DNA of 64,000 bases from Alphaproteobacteria bacterium (GTDB lineage: Bacteria > Pseudomonadota > Alphaproteobacteria > UBA828): the NCBI GenBank assembly GCA_965237415.1, contig CBDEFM010000002.1, positions 1,440,001 through 1,504,000 of the forward strand, given 5' to 3'. Made by a program: the position numbers and the translations under genes. Shown here piece after piece: positions 19,949 to 33,962 of this stretch; position 1 is the first letter of the stretch; the number at the start of each line of letters is the position of its first letter. The notes under the pieces are model-generated. The model did not search any database and was not told the origin of the DNA. It saw nothing but the letters and a program-made list of their open reading frames with translations.

Positions 19949-20014
19949 CCGGCAGCGGCCCTTGAGGCCCTGATCGAGCCGCAGGGGCGGCGCAGCGGAC
20001 GGGCCGCGCTGGGC

Positions 20015-20659
20015 CTATGCCGCTGCGGAGTCCGGGCTCCGGCACGCCTCCATTGCGGCCAGCACTTCATCGAGCGAGCGGCGTGCGCCGGTCTGCAGGT
20101 ACTCCATGGCTCTGAGCGCAGCCTCGTGTGCCTCCTCGCTCGAGCCTCCGACGCAGTCCTCGATCACCCGGCAGAAATAGTCGGACTGGTGAGCGTCGAC
20201 GAAGGTGTAGTGCACGCACACGTCGGTCAGTCCGCCGCAGAGCAACAACGTGTCGACCTTCAATCCGCGCAGCAGAATCTCGAGGTCCGTGCCGAAAAAG
20301 GCCGAGTACCGTCGCTTCTTGATGAGGTAGTCGTCCGGGCGAAAGCCCGTCTGCTCGACGGCAATCGCGGTGTTCGGGTCGTCTTCGAGACAGTGGACGT
20401 CCTCGTCACCGTCAAGCTCGCGGCCGAAATCGACAAGGTCCGGACGGTGGACCTCCTGAATGAAAATCACCGGGATGTCCTGTTCGCGCGCCTTGTCGAT
20501 CAGACGACGCGCTTTGAGCATCCGTTCCTTGTAGCCCGGCATGTTGGGGATCGCCCTGTGCCGGATGGTTTCGTCGAAGGTCAGTGCCTGGATGTCGACA
20601 ACGATGAGGGCGGGGCGGCCCTCGATGACGCGGCGCGTGCGGGCGGAGAGGTTTTCCAT
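20015..20659 (-). CDS. Isochorismatase/cysteine hydrolase family protein
   Basis: ATG at 20659 after GAGG; ALIVVDIQ, KKRRYSAFFGTDL, GGLTDVCVHYT. Confidence 0.88.
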   Translation of the reverse strand: MENLSARTRRVIEGRPALIVVDIQALTFDETIRHRAIPNMPGYKERMLKARRLIDKAREQDIPVIFIQEVHRPDLVDFGRELDGDEDVHCLEDDPNTAIAVEQTGFRPDDYLIKKRRYSAFFGTDLEILLRGLKVDTLLLCGGLTDVCVHYTFVDAHQSDYFCRVIEDCVGGSSEEAHEAALRAMEYLQTGARRSLDEVLAAMEACRSPDSAAA

Positions 20660-21080
20660 GCGCGTTCCTCCTCGAAATGACTTGTCGCGGTCGGCCATCG
20701 AAACCGGCGGTCCCGCACAGGGGGCACGTCCAGTTCTCCTCGATCCGAACCATAACGGTGGACCGACCCAATGGGGAAGGACCGACGGGTTGCCCCTGAA
20801 TCCGCTGCGATGTGGTAGAAGGCTGCCATAACGCAACTGTCCTCGTTTCCCACCGTCGTACGGGCCTCGAAACGCCGACACGCGCGCGCTTGGATGCGCT
20901 CAGATGCGAGTGCTGTCGTATGCGTGGTGAAGTTTCAACGTACCGCGACCGGGATCGGTCCGAGACTGCCTCTTTCAGTCGTTGGCGTCACCACAAGCCT
21001 TTGATCGAATGAGGATCAAGGAGCCGAACGAGCCTCGCAACCATCCTATTCGCCGATTTCACGAGGAGCACCGCGCGGCC

Positions 21081-22907
21081 ATGGACTTGCGCAACATCGC
21101 CATCATCGCCCATGTCGATCACGGCAAGACGACCCTGGTCGACGGTCTGCTGCGTCAGAGCGGCACGGTGCGGGCGAACCAGCCGATGCAGGAGCGCGCC
21201 TTGGATAGCGGCGAGCTCGAACGCGAGCGCGGCATCACGATCCTGGCCAAGTGCACCGCGATCGACTGGCACGGCGTGCGCATCAACATCGTCGACACCC
21301 CCGGCCACGCGGATTTCGGCGGCGAGGTCGAACGGGTGCTCGGGATGGTCGACGGGGTGCTCGTCCTCGTGGACGCGGCCGAGGGCCCGATGCCTCAGAC
21401 CAAATTCGTCGTGGACAAGGCGCTCAGGCTCGGCCTGCGACCCATCGTTGCGATCAACAAGATGGATCGCGCGGATGCCAGGCCCAAGATCGTGCACGAG
21501 GCGGTCTTCGATCTGTTCGACGCTTTGGGAGCGACCGACGAGCAGCTCGACTTTCCGCTGGTGTACACCTCTGCGCGTGACGGCTGGGCCTCGCACGACC
21601 CGGCCGCCGCCGGGACCGACATGACCCCGCTCTTCGAGACTGTTATCGCGCACGTCCCGGCGCCTGCGACGGATCGGGATGCCTCGTTCCGCATGTTGAT
21701 CAGCCTGCTTGAGGCCGACCCCTTTCTCGGCCGGCTTGTGAGCGGCCGCGTGCTCTCCGGCCGGGTTGAGGCGAACCAGACCGTGACGGTGCTCGGCCCG
21801 GACGGCGCGGTGGTCGAGGTGACCCGCCTCACCAAGCTTCTACGCGCACGCGGGCTGGAGCGAATCCCGGTCGAGCGTGCCGGGGCCGGTGAGATCGTGA
21901 CGCTCGCCGGCCTCAAGACCGCCTCTGTGGCGGACACCGTCGCGGTCTCCCAGAGTTGCGCCCCGATCCCGGCCGAGCCGATCGACCCGCCGACGATCGC
22001 GATGGTGTTCTCGATCAACAGCTCACCGCTCGCGGGACGCGAGGGAACGCAGCTCACCTCGCGCATGATCGGGGCGCGCCTCGCACGCGAAGCCGAGGGC
22101 AATGTCGCGATCCAGGTGAGCGACATGGCGGAGGAAGGCGCCTTCGAGATCGCCGGCCGCGGCGAACTTCAACTCGCAGTGCTGATCGAGACGATGCGCC
22201 GCGAGGGCTTCGAGCTCTCGATCGGCCGCCCGCGGGTGCTGATGCGCGAAGACCCGGCGGGTGGCACACCGCTGGAGCCCATCGAGGAAATCCAGATCGA
22301 TGTGGACGAAGCCTTCGTGGGCGATGTGGTGACTGCGCTCGCCGAGCGGCGCGGGGAGCTGATCGAGCTGCGGCCCTCAGGGCGGGACAAAGTCCGCGCG
22401 CTGTTTCACGGCCCGTCGCGCGGCCTGATCGGTTTCAACGGCGAGCTGCTCACGGTGACCCGGGGCACGGCGATCATGCATCGGCTATTTCACGGCTATG
22501 CGCCGTTCAAAGGCCCGCTGCCGGGGCGGCGGACCGGCGTGCTGATCTCGAGTACCGCGGGCAGAGCGGTCGCCTACGCGCTCTGGAACCTGGAGCAGCG
22601 GGGGACGCTGTTCGTCGAGCCGGGGGTACCCGTCTATGGCGGCATGATCATCGGCGAGCACACGCGGCCGCAAGACCTCGACGTCAACCCACTGAAGAAC
22701 AAGCAGCTGACCAATATCCGGGCCGCCGGCAAGGACGATGCCGTGCGCCTGAGCCCGCCGCGGCCGATGCCGCTCGAAATTGCGCTGGCCTATCTCGCGG
22801 ACGACGAACTGCTCGAAGTGACGCCGGCGTCGATCCGCCTTCGCAAGCGGCTCCTCGACCCGCATGCCCGCCGGCGCGCCGCACGCGAGAACGCGCGGGC
22901 GCGCTGA
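21081..22907 (+). CDS. typA: Translational GTPase TypA/BipA
   Basis: [57 protein letters not shown]. Confidence 0.97.
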   Translation: MDLRNIAIIAHVDHGKTTLVDGLLRQSGTVRANQPMQERALDSGELERERGITILAKCTAIDWHGVRINIVDTPGHADFGGEVERVLGMVDGVLVLVDAAEGPMPQTKFVVDKALRLGLRPIVAINKMDRADARPKIVHEAVFDLFDALGATDEQLDFPLVYTSARDGWASHDPAAAGTDMTPLFETVIAHVPAPATDRDASFRMLISLLEADPFLGRLVSGRVLSGRVEANQTVTVLGPDGAVVEVTRLTKLLRARGLERIPVERAGAGEIVTLAGLKTASVADTVAVSQSCAPIPAEPIDPPTIAMVFSINSSPLAGREGTQLTSRMIGARLAREAEGNVAIQVSDMAEEGAFEIAGRGELQLAVLIETMRREGFELSIGRPRVLMREDPAGGTPLEPIEEIQIDVDEAFVGDVVTALAERRGELIELRPSGRDKVRALFHGPSRGLIGFNGELLTVTRGTAIMHRLFHGYAPFKGPLPGRRTGVLISSTAGRAVAYALWNLEQRGTLFVEPGVPVYGGMIIGEHTRPQDLDVNPLKNKQLTNIRAAGKDDAVRLSPPRPMPLEIALAYLADDELLEVTPASIRLRKRLLDPHARRRAARENARAR

Positions 22908-23079
22908 TTGCCCGCCGGCGCGGCCGATACCGTTTCGCGCCACTCACACGCGCCGCCCCCGACATTGCCCCGGCGGGCAACCCGAACTAGCGTCTGCGCG
23001 CAGACCGGGGCTAGCGCGGAGAATGTCTCCTTAGCCTTGGGCGTAAGTGGATCGTTGGACAGAGGACGGAGCGGGGTCG

Positions 23080-24081
23080 ATGGAGCAGCTACGTGTGGGA
23101 GTGATCGGGGTTGGCTGGTTCGGGACGGTGCATTGCCGGGCCATCGCCGACCATCCGCAGCTTGAGCTCGCCGCGCTTTGCGATGCGTCGGAAGAGCGCC
23201 TCGCGGAGATGGCGCGCGAGCACGGTGTCGCCCGCACCTGCACGGACTATCGCGAGCTCGTGGACGACCCGGAAATCGATGCGCTCGCCGTCGTGACACC
23301 CTGGGACCACCACGCCGCCCCGACGCTGGCCGGGCTCGCGGCCGGCAAGCATGTCCTCGTCGAGAAGCCGATGGCATCGACGGTGGAGGATTGTCAGCGC
23401 ATGTGCGACGCCGCGCGCGATGCCGAAGCCATCCTGATGGTGGGCCATATCTGCCGCTTCAACCCGCGCTACGCTTCGGCCAAGCGCGAGATCGATGCGG
23501 GCCGGATCGGCAAGGTGGTCGCGATCAACGCCCGGCGAAACGTGCCGGCGCAGTGGGTCATCGATCAGCTCGAGACGATCGGCCCCATCCTGCACACCTG
23601 CTCCCACGACACCGACATGATGCTCTGGCTGACCGGCGCCAAGGTCGTGAGCACCTACGCGCAGACCGTCAACATACTCGGTCTCACGCATGACGACATG
23701 GCCCAGCTGATGTATCGCTTCGACAGCGGCGCAACCGCGATCTACGAGGGCGCCTGGTGCATGCCGGACACCTCGCCCTTCGAACTCGACGAGCGCATGT
23801 CGGTGATCGGCACCGAGGGTTTCATCCACATCCAGGACACCTTCCCCAATATCGGCGTCTGCTCGAAGGAGGGCTTCAAGAGCCCGGACACGACCTATTG
23901 GCCCGAGCTGCACGGCATCACCGGCGGCGCGCTGCGCGACGAATGGTCCTACTTCGCGCGCTGCATCCTCGAAGGCACACGGCCTGCGCTGATCACGCCG
24001 GAGGAGGCGATGGAGGCCGTGCGGACCGTGCTCGCCGCGCATGAATCCGCGACCAGCGGCGCGGTGGTGATGGTCCAGTGA
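23080..24081 (+). CDS. Gfo/Idh/MocA family oxidoreductase
   Basis: RVGVIGVGWFG, GKHVLVEKPMA, GHICRFNP. Confidence 0.9.
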   Translation: MEQLRVGVIGVGWFGTVHCRAIADHPQLELAALCDASEERLAEMAREHGVARTCTDYRELVDDPEIDALAVVTPWDHHAAPTLAGLAAGKHVLVEKPMASTVEDCQRMCDAARDAEAILMVGHICRFNPRYASAKREIDAGRIGKVVAINARRNVPAQWVIDQLETIGPILHTCSHDTDMMLWLTGAKVVSTYAQTVNILGLTHDDMAQLMYRFDSGATAIYEGAWCMPDTSPFELDERMSVIGTEGFIHIQDTFPNIGVCSKEGFKSPDTTYWPELHGITGGALRDEWSYFARCILEGTRPALITPEEAMEAVRTVLAAHESATSGAVVMVQ

Positions 24082-24121
24082 CGCGCGCCGCGCGGACCAT
24101 GATCCTGGTAAGAAATGCGGG

Positions 24122-26146
24122 CTAGAGACGCACGTCGTGCAGCGGCCGGCTCCAGTTCCGGGCGCGTTGCTCGACGCTAGCGATGTCCTCTTCCAGCATC
24201 AGGCCGTCGGCGACCAGGCGTTTTGCCGCCTCGACGATAGCGGCGACGTAGGCGTCTGCGTCGCCATAGCGCTGCCCGATCGATGGCCGCGGGTCGCCGG
24301 TGGCGGCCCGTGTCGATTCCGTTTCAGGCAAGGGGATCGTGCTGCCCGTGAACTCGTGCATGGCGCCCTCGCCCTGGCCTCTGCCGCGCAGGTTCCAGCC
24401 GGTGTAGGTGGCAAGCGGCGCCTCGACCATCGGCACCCGTACCCCGGCGATGTCGTTGCCGTCCGCGTCGACCGCCGGCACCAGCACGGCGTAGCCGTCG
24501 GGATCGACGAGGTCGGGCGGCAGCGTGCTCTGAATGCCGCCCCCCGCCTCCGGCCCGAAGTCGAAGAGCGGCAGCGCGTTGGGCCCGCGCGGGGTGGCGA
24601 CACCGGGGATGTCGGGGAACTGTGTGCGCCATTCGTCCATGCCGACGAGGCTGCCGTCGTCCCGCCTGGGGATACGGCTTGCCGGCGGCGCAACATCGTC
24701 GCTCGCCCACCGGTCCATCGCGTCGAGCAGCGCGCGGAACAGCATCGAGGTCTGAACGACGTTGCTCAAATTCTGGCAGACGCCCCAAACCGGCGCGCCC
24801 TGGTTCGGATCGGCCACATGCGGTGCGCTCGACCAGAAGTAGACCCGCACATTGTCCGGCTGTTCCAGATCGTTGCCCCTGGTGTCGGTATGCACGAGCG
24901 AGCCGCGCCGCTGCCAATATTCCGTCGCACTTTGGCTGTGGAATATGAGCGGGTCGGTCTCGGGCCGCGTGCAGATTGCGTCAGACCTGCCGGTCAAGTG
25001 ATCCGTGCACTCGGCATAGGAGAACGGGAATCTGTCGGCGGCGTTGTCGTGGTCTTCGTATTGCTGACCCGCCGGCACGACGACATTGGCGAAGCGGTGA
25101 TTCATCCACATGCGCCCGCAGCCGGCGACGTGCGCCAGCACGCCGTCGAACACCTTGCGCCCGGTCGCATCGGCGTTGAAGCCGCGATATATCGCATCGC
25201 GGATGCAGCGCCCCGTCTGCGAGCGGCCGAAGGCATAGGCCTTCTCCATCGGCCCGCCGTCGGCCACCGGATTGGCGCGACCCTCGCTGTCGAATTCCTC
25301 GTACCTCAGGAAACTCACGAGGTCGCGCACCGCCACGTAGCCCAAGCCCAGAACGAGCGGATCGCGGCCTTCGTAGACGAGCTCATAGATCCAACCGGGC
25401 TCGAACCCGCCCGGCATATATATGTGGGTGTCGGACTCGATAATCGCCTGCTCGGTGCCTTGGAAATCGAGGCCCATGCCGGTTTCGACGCGCGCGAACC
25501 GCCACGCGTCCGGCGCAATCTCGACGCGTTCGTCGTCCGGGTAGCGGCGCCGTGTCAGCCGGGCCTTCGAAGGATCGCGTGAGACCGTGGGGTGGCTGCG
25601 GGTGGAGACCCAGCCGCTCAGCGGCAGCGTAGTCTGACCTTCGTGAGCGACGATAAACTCGGACCGCACCAGGCCGGTGAGCGGTGCGGCACCGTCGGTT
25701 GCGACGGGCAGGGTCATTACCATGCGGCCATCGCCCGGCAGGAGGTCTCCCTGCCAGGCGCCCCACACCACCGTATAGCCGCGGCGAAACAGATATCCGT
25801 TGCCGGCGTGCTCGCGTGTCGCCGGATCGTTGCAGGCCGGCGCATCGCTAAAATACTGCACCGCCCGCTTGTTGCCGCGGTTGCCGTAGTCGAAGAAGAG
25901 CCGCCTGTTGCCGCGGGCCGGATCGACCGGTTTCAGGATGCAGAGATCGGCGGCGAACTCGACCAGGCCATCGCGATTGCGCGGCGCCTTGTCCACGTCG
26001 ACGATGCCAGCCTGCGCAGGCGCGTCGGGATCGACGGCGAACCGGGCGAGCCCGATCAGCCGCTCGTAAGCGCCGACTTCGGCGAATGCGTGACCGCCGG
26101 CAAAGGCCGTCCGTTCGTGGATGTCGATCGCGATTCTGTTGCTCAC
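24122..26146 (-). CDS. Large alpha/beta-hydrolase-domain protein
   Basis: GRSQTGR nucleophile elbow, GNRGNK, EYWQRRGSL, VDADGNDIAGVRVP..PLATYTGWN. Confidence 0.75.
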   Translation of the reverse strand: MSNRIAIDIHERTAFAGGHAFAEVGAYERLIGLARFAVDPDAPAQAGIVDVDKAPRNRDGLVEFAADLCILKPVDPARGNRRLFFDYGNRGNKRAVQYFSDAPACNDPATREHAGNGYLFRRGYTVVWGAWQGDLLPGDGRMVMTLPVATDGAAPLTGLVRSEFIVAHEGQTTLPLSGWVSTRSHPTVSRDPSKARLTRRRYPDDERVEIAPDAWRFARVETGMGLDFQGTEQAIIESDTHIYMPGGFEPGWIYELVYEGRDPLVLGLGYVAVRDLVSFLRYEEFDSEGRANPVADGGPMEKAYAFGRSQTGRCIRDAIYRGFNADATGRKVFDGVLAHVAGCGRMWMNHRFANVVVPAGQQYEDHDNAADRFPFSYAECTDHLTGRSDAICTRPETDPLIFHSQSATEYWQRRGSLVHTDTRGNDLEQPDNVRVYFWSSAPHVADPNQGAPVWGVCQNLSNVVQTSMLFRALLDAMDRWASDDVAPPASRIPRRDDGSLVGMDEWRTQFPDIPGVATPRGPNALPLFDFGPEAGGGIQSTLPPDLVDPDGYAVLVPAVDADGNDIAGVRVPMVEAPLATYTGWNLRGRGQGEGAMHEFTGSTIPLPETESTRAATGDPRPSIGQRYGDADAYVAAIVEAAKRLVADGLMLEEDIASVEQRARNWSRPLHDVRL

Positions 26147-26230
26147 CCCATGCTCCTAGCCGTCGCCTCCTCCTAGATCGGCGGTGTGCGCCCAGCCCAC
26201 GGACGGAAGGCTTCCAGCGCGGCACCGCGC

Positions 26231-27037
26231 TCAGCGTCTGGCGTCGCGCCAGGCGATGGCGGCGCGCAGGCCTTGCGTCCGCGCAATCTCGAGGAACTCG
26301 CGCTTGGTCGCCGTGCCCTCGGCCTCGATCAGGAGGTCCTGTTCGAGCGCCATGTCGAGCGCCGCGTCGAAGCCCATCATGCGGTACATACGGTTGATCG
26401 TGGCTTTGGTGCGCTTGAGAAGCGCCGGCTCGGTGGCGGCCATGCGGCGGGCGAGCGCGAGCGCGGTCTCCACCTCGTCGCCGGCGGGCACGACGCGGTT
26501 GACGAGGCCGATCTCGTAGGCACGTTGGGCTCCAATCTCGTCCTCGCCGGAGAGCAGAATTTCCTTCGCGTGCTTGGGCCCGGTGAGCCAGGGCATCAGC
26601 ATCACGACGATGCCGGCGCCGAAGCGCAGTTCGGGCTCGCCGAAGCGGGCATCCTCGGCCGCCACGGTCACGTCGCAGGCGAGCGCGAGCTCGCAGCCGC
26701 CGGCGAGGGCCGGGCCCCGCACCGCAGCGACGGTCGGTTTCGAGAGATGCCAGAAGCGCATCACGGTGTCGAAGTCGTCCCGCAGCACCTCACGCCAGGC
26801 GGCGACGCCTACAGGCGGGGCTGCGGCCTGCTCCTTGAGGTCGAAGCCCGAGGAGAAGGTGCCGCCCGCGCCGGTCACGACGAGCGCCCGGATCGTCTCG
26901 TCAGCCTCGACCGCATCGCACGTCGCATTGAGCTCGGCCAGCATGGTCCGGTCAATTGCATTGGCTCGTTCCGGCCGGTTGAGCGTGAGGAGCCCGACCG
27001 CCTCCCGCCGTTCGAACGTGATGCATCGATGATCCAT
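26231..27037 (-). CDS. Enoyl-CoA hydratase/isomerase family protein
   Basis: LTLNRPERANA, FSSGFDL, AGGCELALACD, FGEPE. Confidence 0.9.
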   Translation of the reverse strand: MDHRCITFERREAVGLLTLNRPERANAIDRTMLAELNATCDAVEADETIRALVVTGAGGTFSSGFDLKEQAAAPPVGVAAWREVLRDDFDTVMRFWHLSKPTVAAVRGPALAGGCELALACDVTVAAEDARFGEPELRFGAGIVVMLMPWLTGPKHAKEILLSGEDEIGAQRAYEIGLVNRVVPAGDEVETALALARRMAATEPALLKRTKATINRMYRMMGFDAALDMALEQDLLIEAEGTATKREFLEIARTQGLRAAIAWRDARR

Positions 27038-27149
27038 CGCGGGTCTCCCGCCGGCTCCCGACGCCGTCAGAATAACGCCGACGGCGTGTGGACGAGATAC
27101 AAGGTGGGGCGACAGCCGGGTCCGGCGTGGGCTCCGTTGGCGCCGACCC

Positions 27150-28553
27150 TCAAAGCGCCGGCCGGCGGTCGGCCCAGGGGCGCGCCTGCTCGAAGGCACG
27201 CGCGGCCTGCAGCACCGTCAGGTCGGCGAAGCGCTTGCCCACGATTTGCAGCCCGACGGGGAGCCCTGCATCGGTGAAGCCGCAGGGCACCGAGGCGGCA
27301 GGATTGTGGCTGAAGTTGAAGGGATAGGAGAACTCGGCCCACATGATCCAGTCCCACGGATGCGACGGCCAGTGCTCGGGCTGCAGCCGCTCGGCCGGGA
27401 ACGCCGGTACGGAGACGGCCGGAGTGAGCAGCAGGTCCCACTCCTCGAAGAAGCGATGCACCGCCTCCACATAGGCGAGCTTGCGCGCCCGCGTCTCCAG
27501 ATAGGTCGCGCCCGTCACCCCATCCGCCGCGCGGATGCAGGCGACGAGGCCGGGGTCCATGCGGTCCCCGAACTCGGCGAGCAAGGGGCGGTAGGCGTGG
27601 AGGTGGATGGGCCATAGCAGGCGGATGATCTCCGGCCCCTCGGGGCCGAAGGGCAGCGCCGGGCTCTCCACCGTGCAGCCGAGGGACTGAAACGCCTCGG
27701 CGGCGCTCTGCACCAGCACCGCGACGTCCGAGTCGACGCGCGCGTGCCCGAGGTCGGGGCTGAAGGCAACCTTGAGGCCCGCGATCCCGTCGTCGAGCCT
27801 GGCCGGGTAGTCGGCGGGCCCGGCCTCCAGGCTGGTGTGATCCCACGGGTGCGGGCCCGCCATCGCCTGCAGCATCAGCGCGGCATCGCCCACGGTGCGG
27901 GTCATCGGCCCGACATGGGAGATCTGGTCGTTGTTCGGCACCGGCCAATTGGGCACCCGCCCGTAGGTCGGCTTGAGGCCGAAGATGCCGCTGAAGTGCG
28001 ACGGCATGCGGATCGACCCCGCGCCGTCCGAGCCCTGGTGCAGCGGCCCGTAGCCCGCCGCGGCGGCCGCTCCGGCGCCGGCGGAGGAGGCGCCCGTATT
28101 GTAGCCCTGCTTCCATGGATTGGAGGTGATGCCGGTGAGCGGGCTGTGGCTCACGCCCGACCAGCCGAACTCCGAGGTGGTGGTCTTGCCGAGGATGATG
28201 GCGCCGGCGTCTTCCAGCCGCGGAATCACCGGCGCGTCCACCGTCGGCACATGGCCCTTCAGCGAATGGGTGCCCCGCTCGGTGGGGATCCCGGCGGTCT
28301 CGGTCAGATCCTTGATGGTGACGGGCAGGCCGCAGAGCGAACCCGTGGCGTCGCCCTGCATCAGCTTGGCTTCTGCGCTGCGGGCGGCATCGCGGGCGCG
28401 CTCGGCGGTGAGCGTGGCGAAGGCGTTGATGCGGGGCTCGCAAGCCTCGATGCGGGCCAGCACGGCGTCGATCAGCTCGACCGGCGAGAGCTCCTTGCGC
28501 CGGATCAGCGGCGCAAGCTCGGTGGCGGGCGTGAAGCAGAGATCATCGGTCAC
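27150..28553 (-). CDS. Amidase signature family enzyme
   Basis: GLPVTIKD, GKTTTSEFG, GASSAGA, GSDGAGSIRMP. Confidence 0.92.
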   Translation of the reverse strand: MTDDLCFTPATELAPLIRRKELSPVELIDAVLARIEACEPRINAFATLTAERARDAARSAEAKLMQGDATGSLCGLPVTIKDLTETAGIPTERGTHSLKGHVPTVDAPVIPRLEDAGAIILGKTTTSEFGWSGVSHSPLTGITSNPWKQGYNTGASSAGAGAAAAAGYGPLHQGSDGAGSIRMPSHFSGIFGLKPTYGRVPNWPVPNNDQISHVGPMTRTVGDAALMLQAMAGPHPWDHTSLEAGPADYPARLDDGIAGLKVAFSPDLGHARVDSDVAVLVQSAAEAFQSLGCTVESPALPFGPEGPEIIRLLWPIHLHAYRPLLAEFGDRMDPGLVACIRAADGVTGATYLETRARKLAYVEAVHRFFEEWDLLLTPAVSVPAFPAERLQPEHWPSHPWDWIMWAEFSYPFNFSHNPAASVPCGFTDAGLPVGLQIVGKRFADLTVLQAARAFEQARPWADRRPAL

Positions 28554-28614
28554 CGGCGACTCCTCGGCGGTCGTGGACGGGGGCCCGGATCATGGCGGGC
28601 GCGGGCGGTAAGGG

Positions 28615-29064
28615 CTAGAGAAGGTCGCGCAGCACGGGGATCAGCGGCGCATCGGCCGGCGGCATCGGGAAATCGCGGAGCCGCGCCGGCCGCACCCAGC
28701 GGAGCTCCTGCCCCTCCTTGGGCACGACAGTGCCGCTCCACACCCGGCAGACGTAGAGCGGCATGAGGAGGTGAAAGTCATCGTAGCCGTGGGAGGCGAA
28801 GGCCAAAGGCGCGAGGCAGCTCTGCTCCGTGTCGATTCCGAGCTCCTCGCGGAGCTCGCGGATCAGCGCCTGCTCTGGCGTCTCGCCGGCAGCGAGCTTG
28901 CCGCCGGGGAATTCCCAAAGTCCTTCCATCGCCTTGCCCGGCGGCCTGCGCGCCAGCAGCACGCGGCCGTCGGCATCCACCAGCGCGACGGCAACCACGA
29001 GAACGATCGGCGTCGCCCCCGCAGGGGCGCCTTCGGGAGCCCCCTCAGGAGCGGTAGTCGGCAT
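28615..29064 (-). CDS. mutT: 8-oxo-dGTP diphosphatase MutT (NUDIX)
   Basis: WEFPGGKLAAGETPEQALIRELREELG; start overlaps the argJ end, as in many Alphaproteobacteria. Confidence 0.9.
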   Translation of the reverse strand: MPTTAPEGAPEGAPAGATPIVLVVAVALVDADGRVLLARRPPGKAMEGLWEFPGGKLAAGETPEQALIRELREELGIDTEQSCLAPLAFASHGYDDFHLLMPLYVCRVWSGTVVPKEGQELRWVRPARLRDFPMPPADAPLIPVLRDLL

Positions 29065-30280
29065 TGATGTCGATGTAGCCGTGGGTCAGATCACAGGTCC
29101 AGACGGTCGCAGCGCCTGGGCCTGAGCCGATCTCGACGGCGATCTCGACCTCCTGCCCCTTCATGTGGCGGGCCGTCGCCGGCTCGTCGAAGGCCGGGTC
29201 CGCCACGCCATTCGTCGCCGCGCGCTCGGCGCCGATCCAGATCGAGAGCTGAGCCTGATCGAACGCCACGCCGGCCCGGCCCACCACCGCAACGATCCGC
29301 CCCCAATTGGGGTCCTCGCCGGCGATCGCGGTCTTTACCAGCGGCGAGTTTGCGATCGCGAGGCCGAGCTTGCGGGCCGCCGCCTCCGAGGCCGCACCGC
29401 GCACCGCGATCGAGACGAGTTTGTGGGCGCCTTCCCCGTCCCGCACGATCTGCCGGGCGAGATCGGTCAACACCGCCTCGAGCGCGGTGCGAAAGGCGTG
29501 GAGCCGCGGGTCGCCGGTGCGCGCGATCCGCCGGTGCCGGGCGGCGCCCGTGGCGAAGAGGAGGCAGGTGTCGTTGGTCGACGTATCGCCGTCCACCGTG
29601 ATGGCGTTGAAGGAGCGGTTCACGCCGCGCCGGAGCAGAGGCCCCAACGCCGTCGCCGGCAGGTTCGCATCGGTGAATACGTAGGCGAGCATCGTGGCCA
29701 TGTTCGGCGCGATCATGCCTGAGCCCTTGGCGATGCCGTTGATGACGACCGGCACACCGTCGATCTCGGCCCCGGCCGAAGCGCCCTTGGGGAAGGTGTC
29801 CGTGGTCATGATCGCGGCGGCGGCATCGGGCCACGCACTATCCGAGAGGCCCGAGTGAAGCCCCGGCAGGGCCGCGGTCAGGCGCTCGACCGGGAGCTGC
29901 TCGCCGATCACGCCGGTCGAGCAGACGAAGACCTCGTCCGCGCGGCATCCGACGGCGGCCGCCGCCGCATCCGCCGTCCGGCGCACCGCGACGTGGCCCT
30001 GCTCCCCGGTCGCGGCGTTCGCATTCCCCGCATTGACCACCAGCGCGCGCGCGGTGCCATGAGCCTCATCGAGCAGCGCCCGGCACCACTCGACCGGCGG
30101 TGCCGCCGTGCGCGAGCGCGTGAGCGTGCCTGCCACCGCGGTCTCCGGCGCAAAAGACGCGAGCAGGAGGTCGGGGCGGCCCCGGTAACGCAGGCGCGCC
30201 TCGGCAGCGGCAAGGCGAACGCCGAGGACCGGTGGCAGGTCGGGGAAGCGCGCGGGCGCGAGGGGGGATATCGCGGTCAT
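29045..30280 (-). CDS. argJ: Bifunctional glutamate N-acetyltransferase/amino-acid acetyltransferase ArgJ
   Basis: [46 protein letters not shown]. Confidence 0.96.
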   Translation of the reverse strand: MTAISPLAPARFPDLPPVLGVRLAAAEARLRYRGRPDLLLASFAPETAVAGTLTRSRTAAPPVEWCRALLDEAHGTARALVVNAGNANAATGEQGHVAVRRTADAAAAAVGCRADEVFVCSTGVIGEQLPVERLTAALPGLHSGLSDSAWPDAAAAIMTTDTFPKGASAGAEIDGVPVVINGIAKGSGMIAPNMATMLAYVFTDANLPATALGPLLRRGVNRSFNAITVDGDTSTNDTCLLFATGAARHRRIARTGDPRLHAFRTALEAVLTDLARQIVRDGEGAHKLVSIAVRGAASEAAARKLGLAIANSPLVKTAIAGEDPNWGRIVAVVGRAGVAFDQAQLSIWIGAERAATNGVADPAFDEPATARHMKGQEVEIAVEIGSGPGAATVWTCDLTHGYIDINADYRS

Positions 30281-30435
30281 CGACCTCTCCAGATGGCGAG
30301 CCGCGCCAACCATACCCGCGGACCGGGGGGAAACGAATTCCGAAGGTCGCGTTGACACGACCGGGGCTCGCGCCTATCTCTCGGTCACTGCCGTCGCCGC
30401 GGGCGGCGGCGGGCGTTGGCTGTCGGGAACACACC

Positions 30436-33237
<2,802 letters not shown>

Positions 33238-33355
33238 CTCGGCATTCAGTTTTTTGCAAAACGAAGCCAATTCGGCGCAACCGCTTGAATCGAAAGCGGA
33301 TTAGCGCTCCGAAGCGGGCCCGGCGAGGTATCGCCCGCGAGCTACGGGAGGCGGT

Positions 33356-33952
33356 TCAAATGATGATGCCGAGCGAGCGGCGCCACTTGCTCTCGTGGTC
33401 GGTGCCGAGAACGAGGTCGGGGTCGGCGTCGGTCACCGTCCAATCGCCGCGCGCGAGCTCCCCCTCCAGTTGCGCCGGACCCCAACCACTGTAGCCGAAT
33501 ATGATCAGGCTGCGGCGCGGGCCCTGGCCGAGCGCGATGTCGATCAGCACCTCGGAACTGACGGTCAGCGCGATACCGCTGGAGACCTGCTGCGTCCCGT
33601 CCACCTCATAGTCGGCGGAGTGGAGGACGAACCAGCGGTCGGGATCCACAGGGCCGCCGTAATGCAGGGTGACGGAGCCCTGCACGTTGAACCCGTATTC
33701 ATCGGCTTCGATGCCGAGTTCGTCGAGGAGCGCGGCGATGGGCCCGATGGCGCTCGGCTTGTTGACCACCAGCCCGAATGCGCCGTTCGCGTCATGCTCG
33801 ACGAGATAGATCACCGTCTCCTGGAAGCGCGGGTCGGGCATGCCCTCGCCCGCGACCAGGACCTTCCCGGTGAGCGAGGCCGCCTGCACGGCACCCGCTG
33901 CTGCGCCGGCGGCCAGGAACGCGATCAGACCAAGGGCTCGCAACAGGCGCAT
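33356..33952 (-). CDS. YqgE/AlgH family protein with an N-terminal signal-peptide-like extension
   Basis: MPDPRFQETVIYL, GAFGLVVNKP, GGPV, GYSGWGPAQLEGEL; ATG at 33952. Confidence 0.88.
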   Translation of the reverse strand: MRLLRALGLIAFLAAGAAAGAVQAASLTGKVLVAGEGMPDPRFQETVIYLVEHDANGAFGLVVNKPSAIGPIAALLDELGIEADEYGFNVQGSVTLHYGGPVDPDRWFVLHSADYEVDGTQQVSSGIALTVSSEVLIDIALGQGPRRSLIIFGYSGWGPAQLEGELARGDWTVTDADPDLVLGTDHESKWRRSLGIII

Positions 33953-33962
33953 GGCGCGGTCC

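Noticed and set aside
20700-20771. Rubredoxin-like WTCPLCG string on the minus strand
   Set aside because: It has only one CxxC, and the frame runs out of phase into the cysteine hydrolase gene; probably chance.
33245-33305. AT-rich TTTTGCAAAACGAAGCCAA..AACCGCTTGAA motif after secA as a repeat or recombination site
   Set aside because: It is single-copy in this window and cannot be supported without a genome-wide search.
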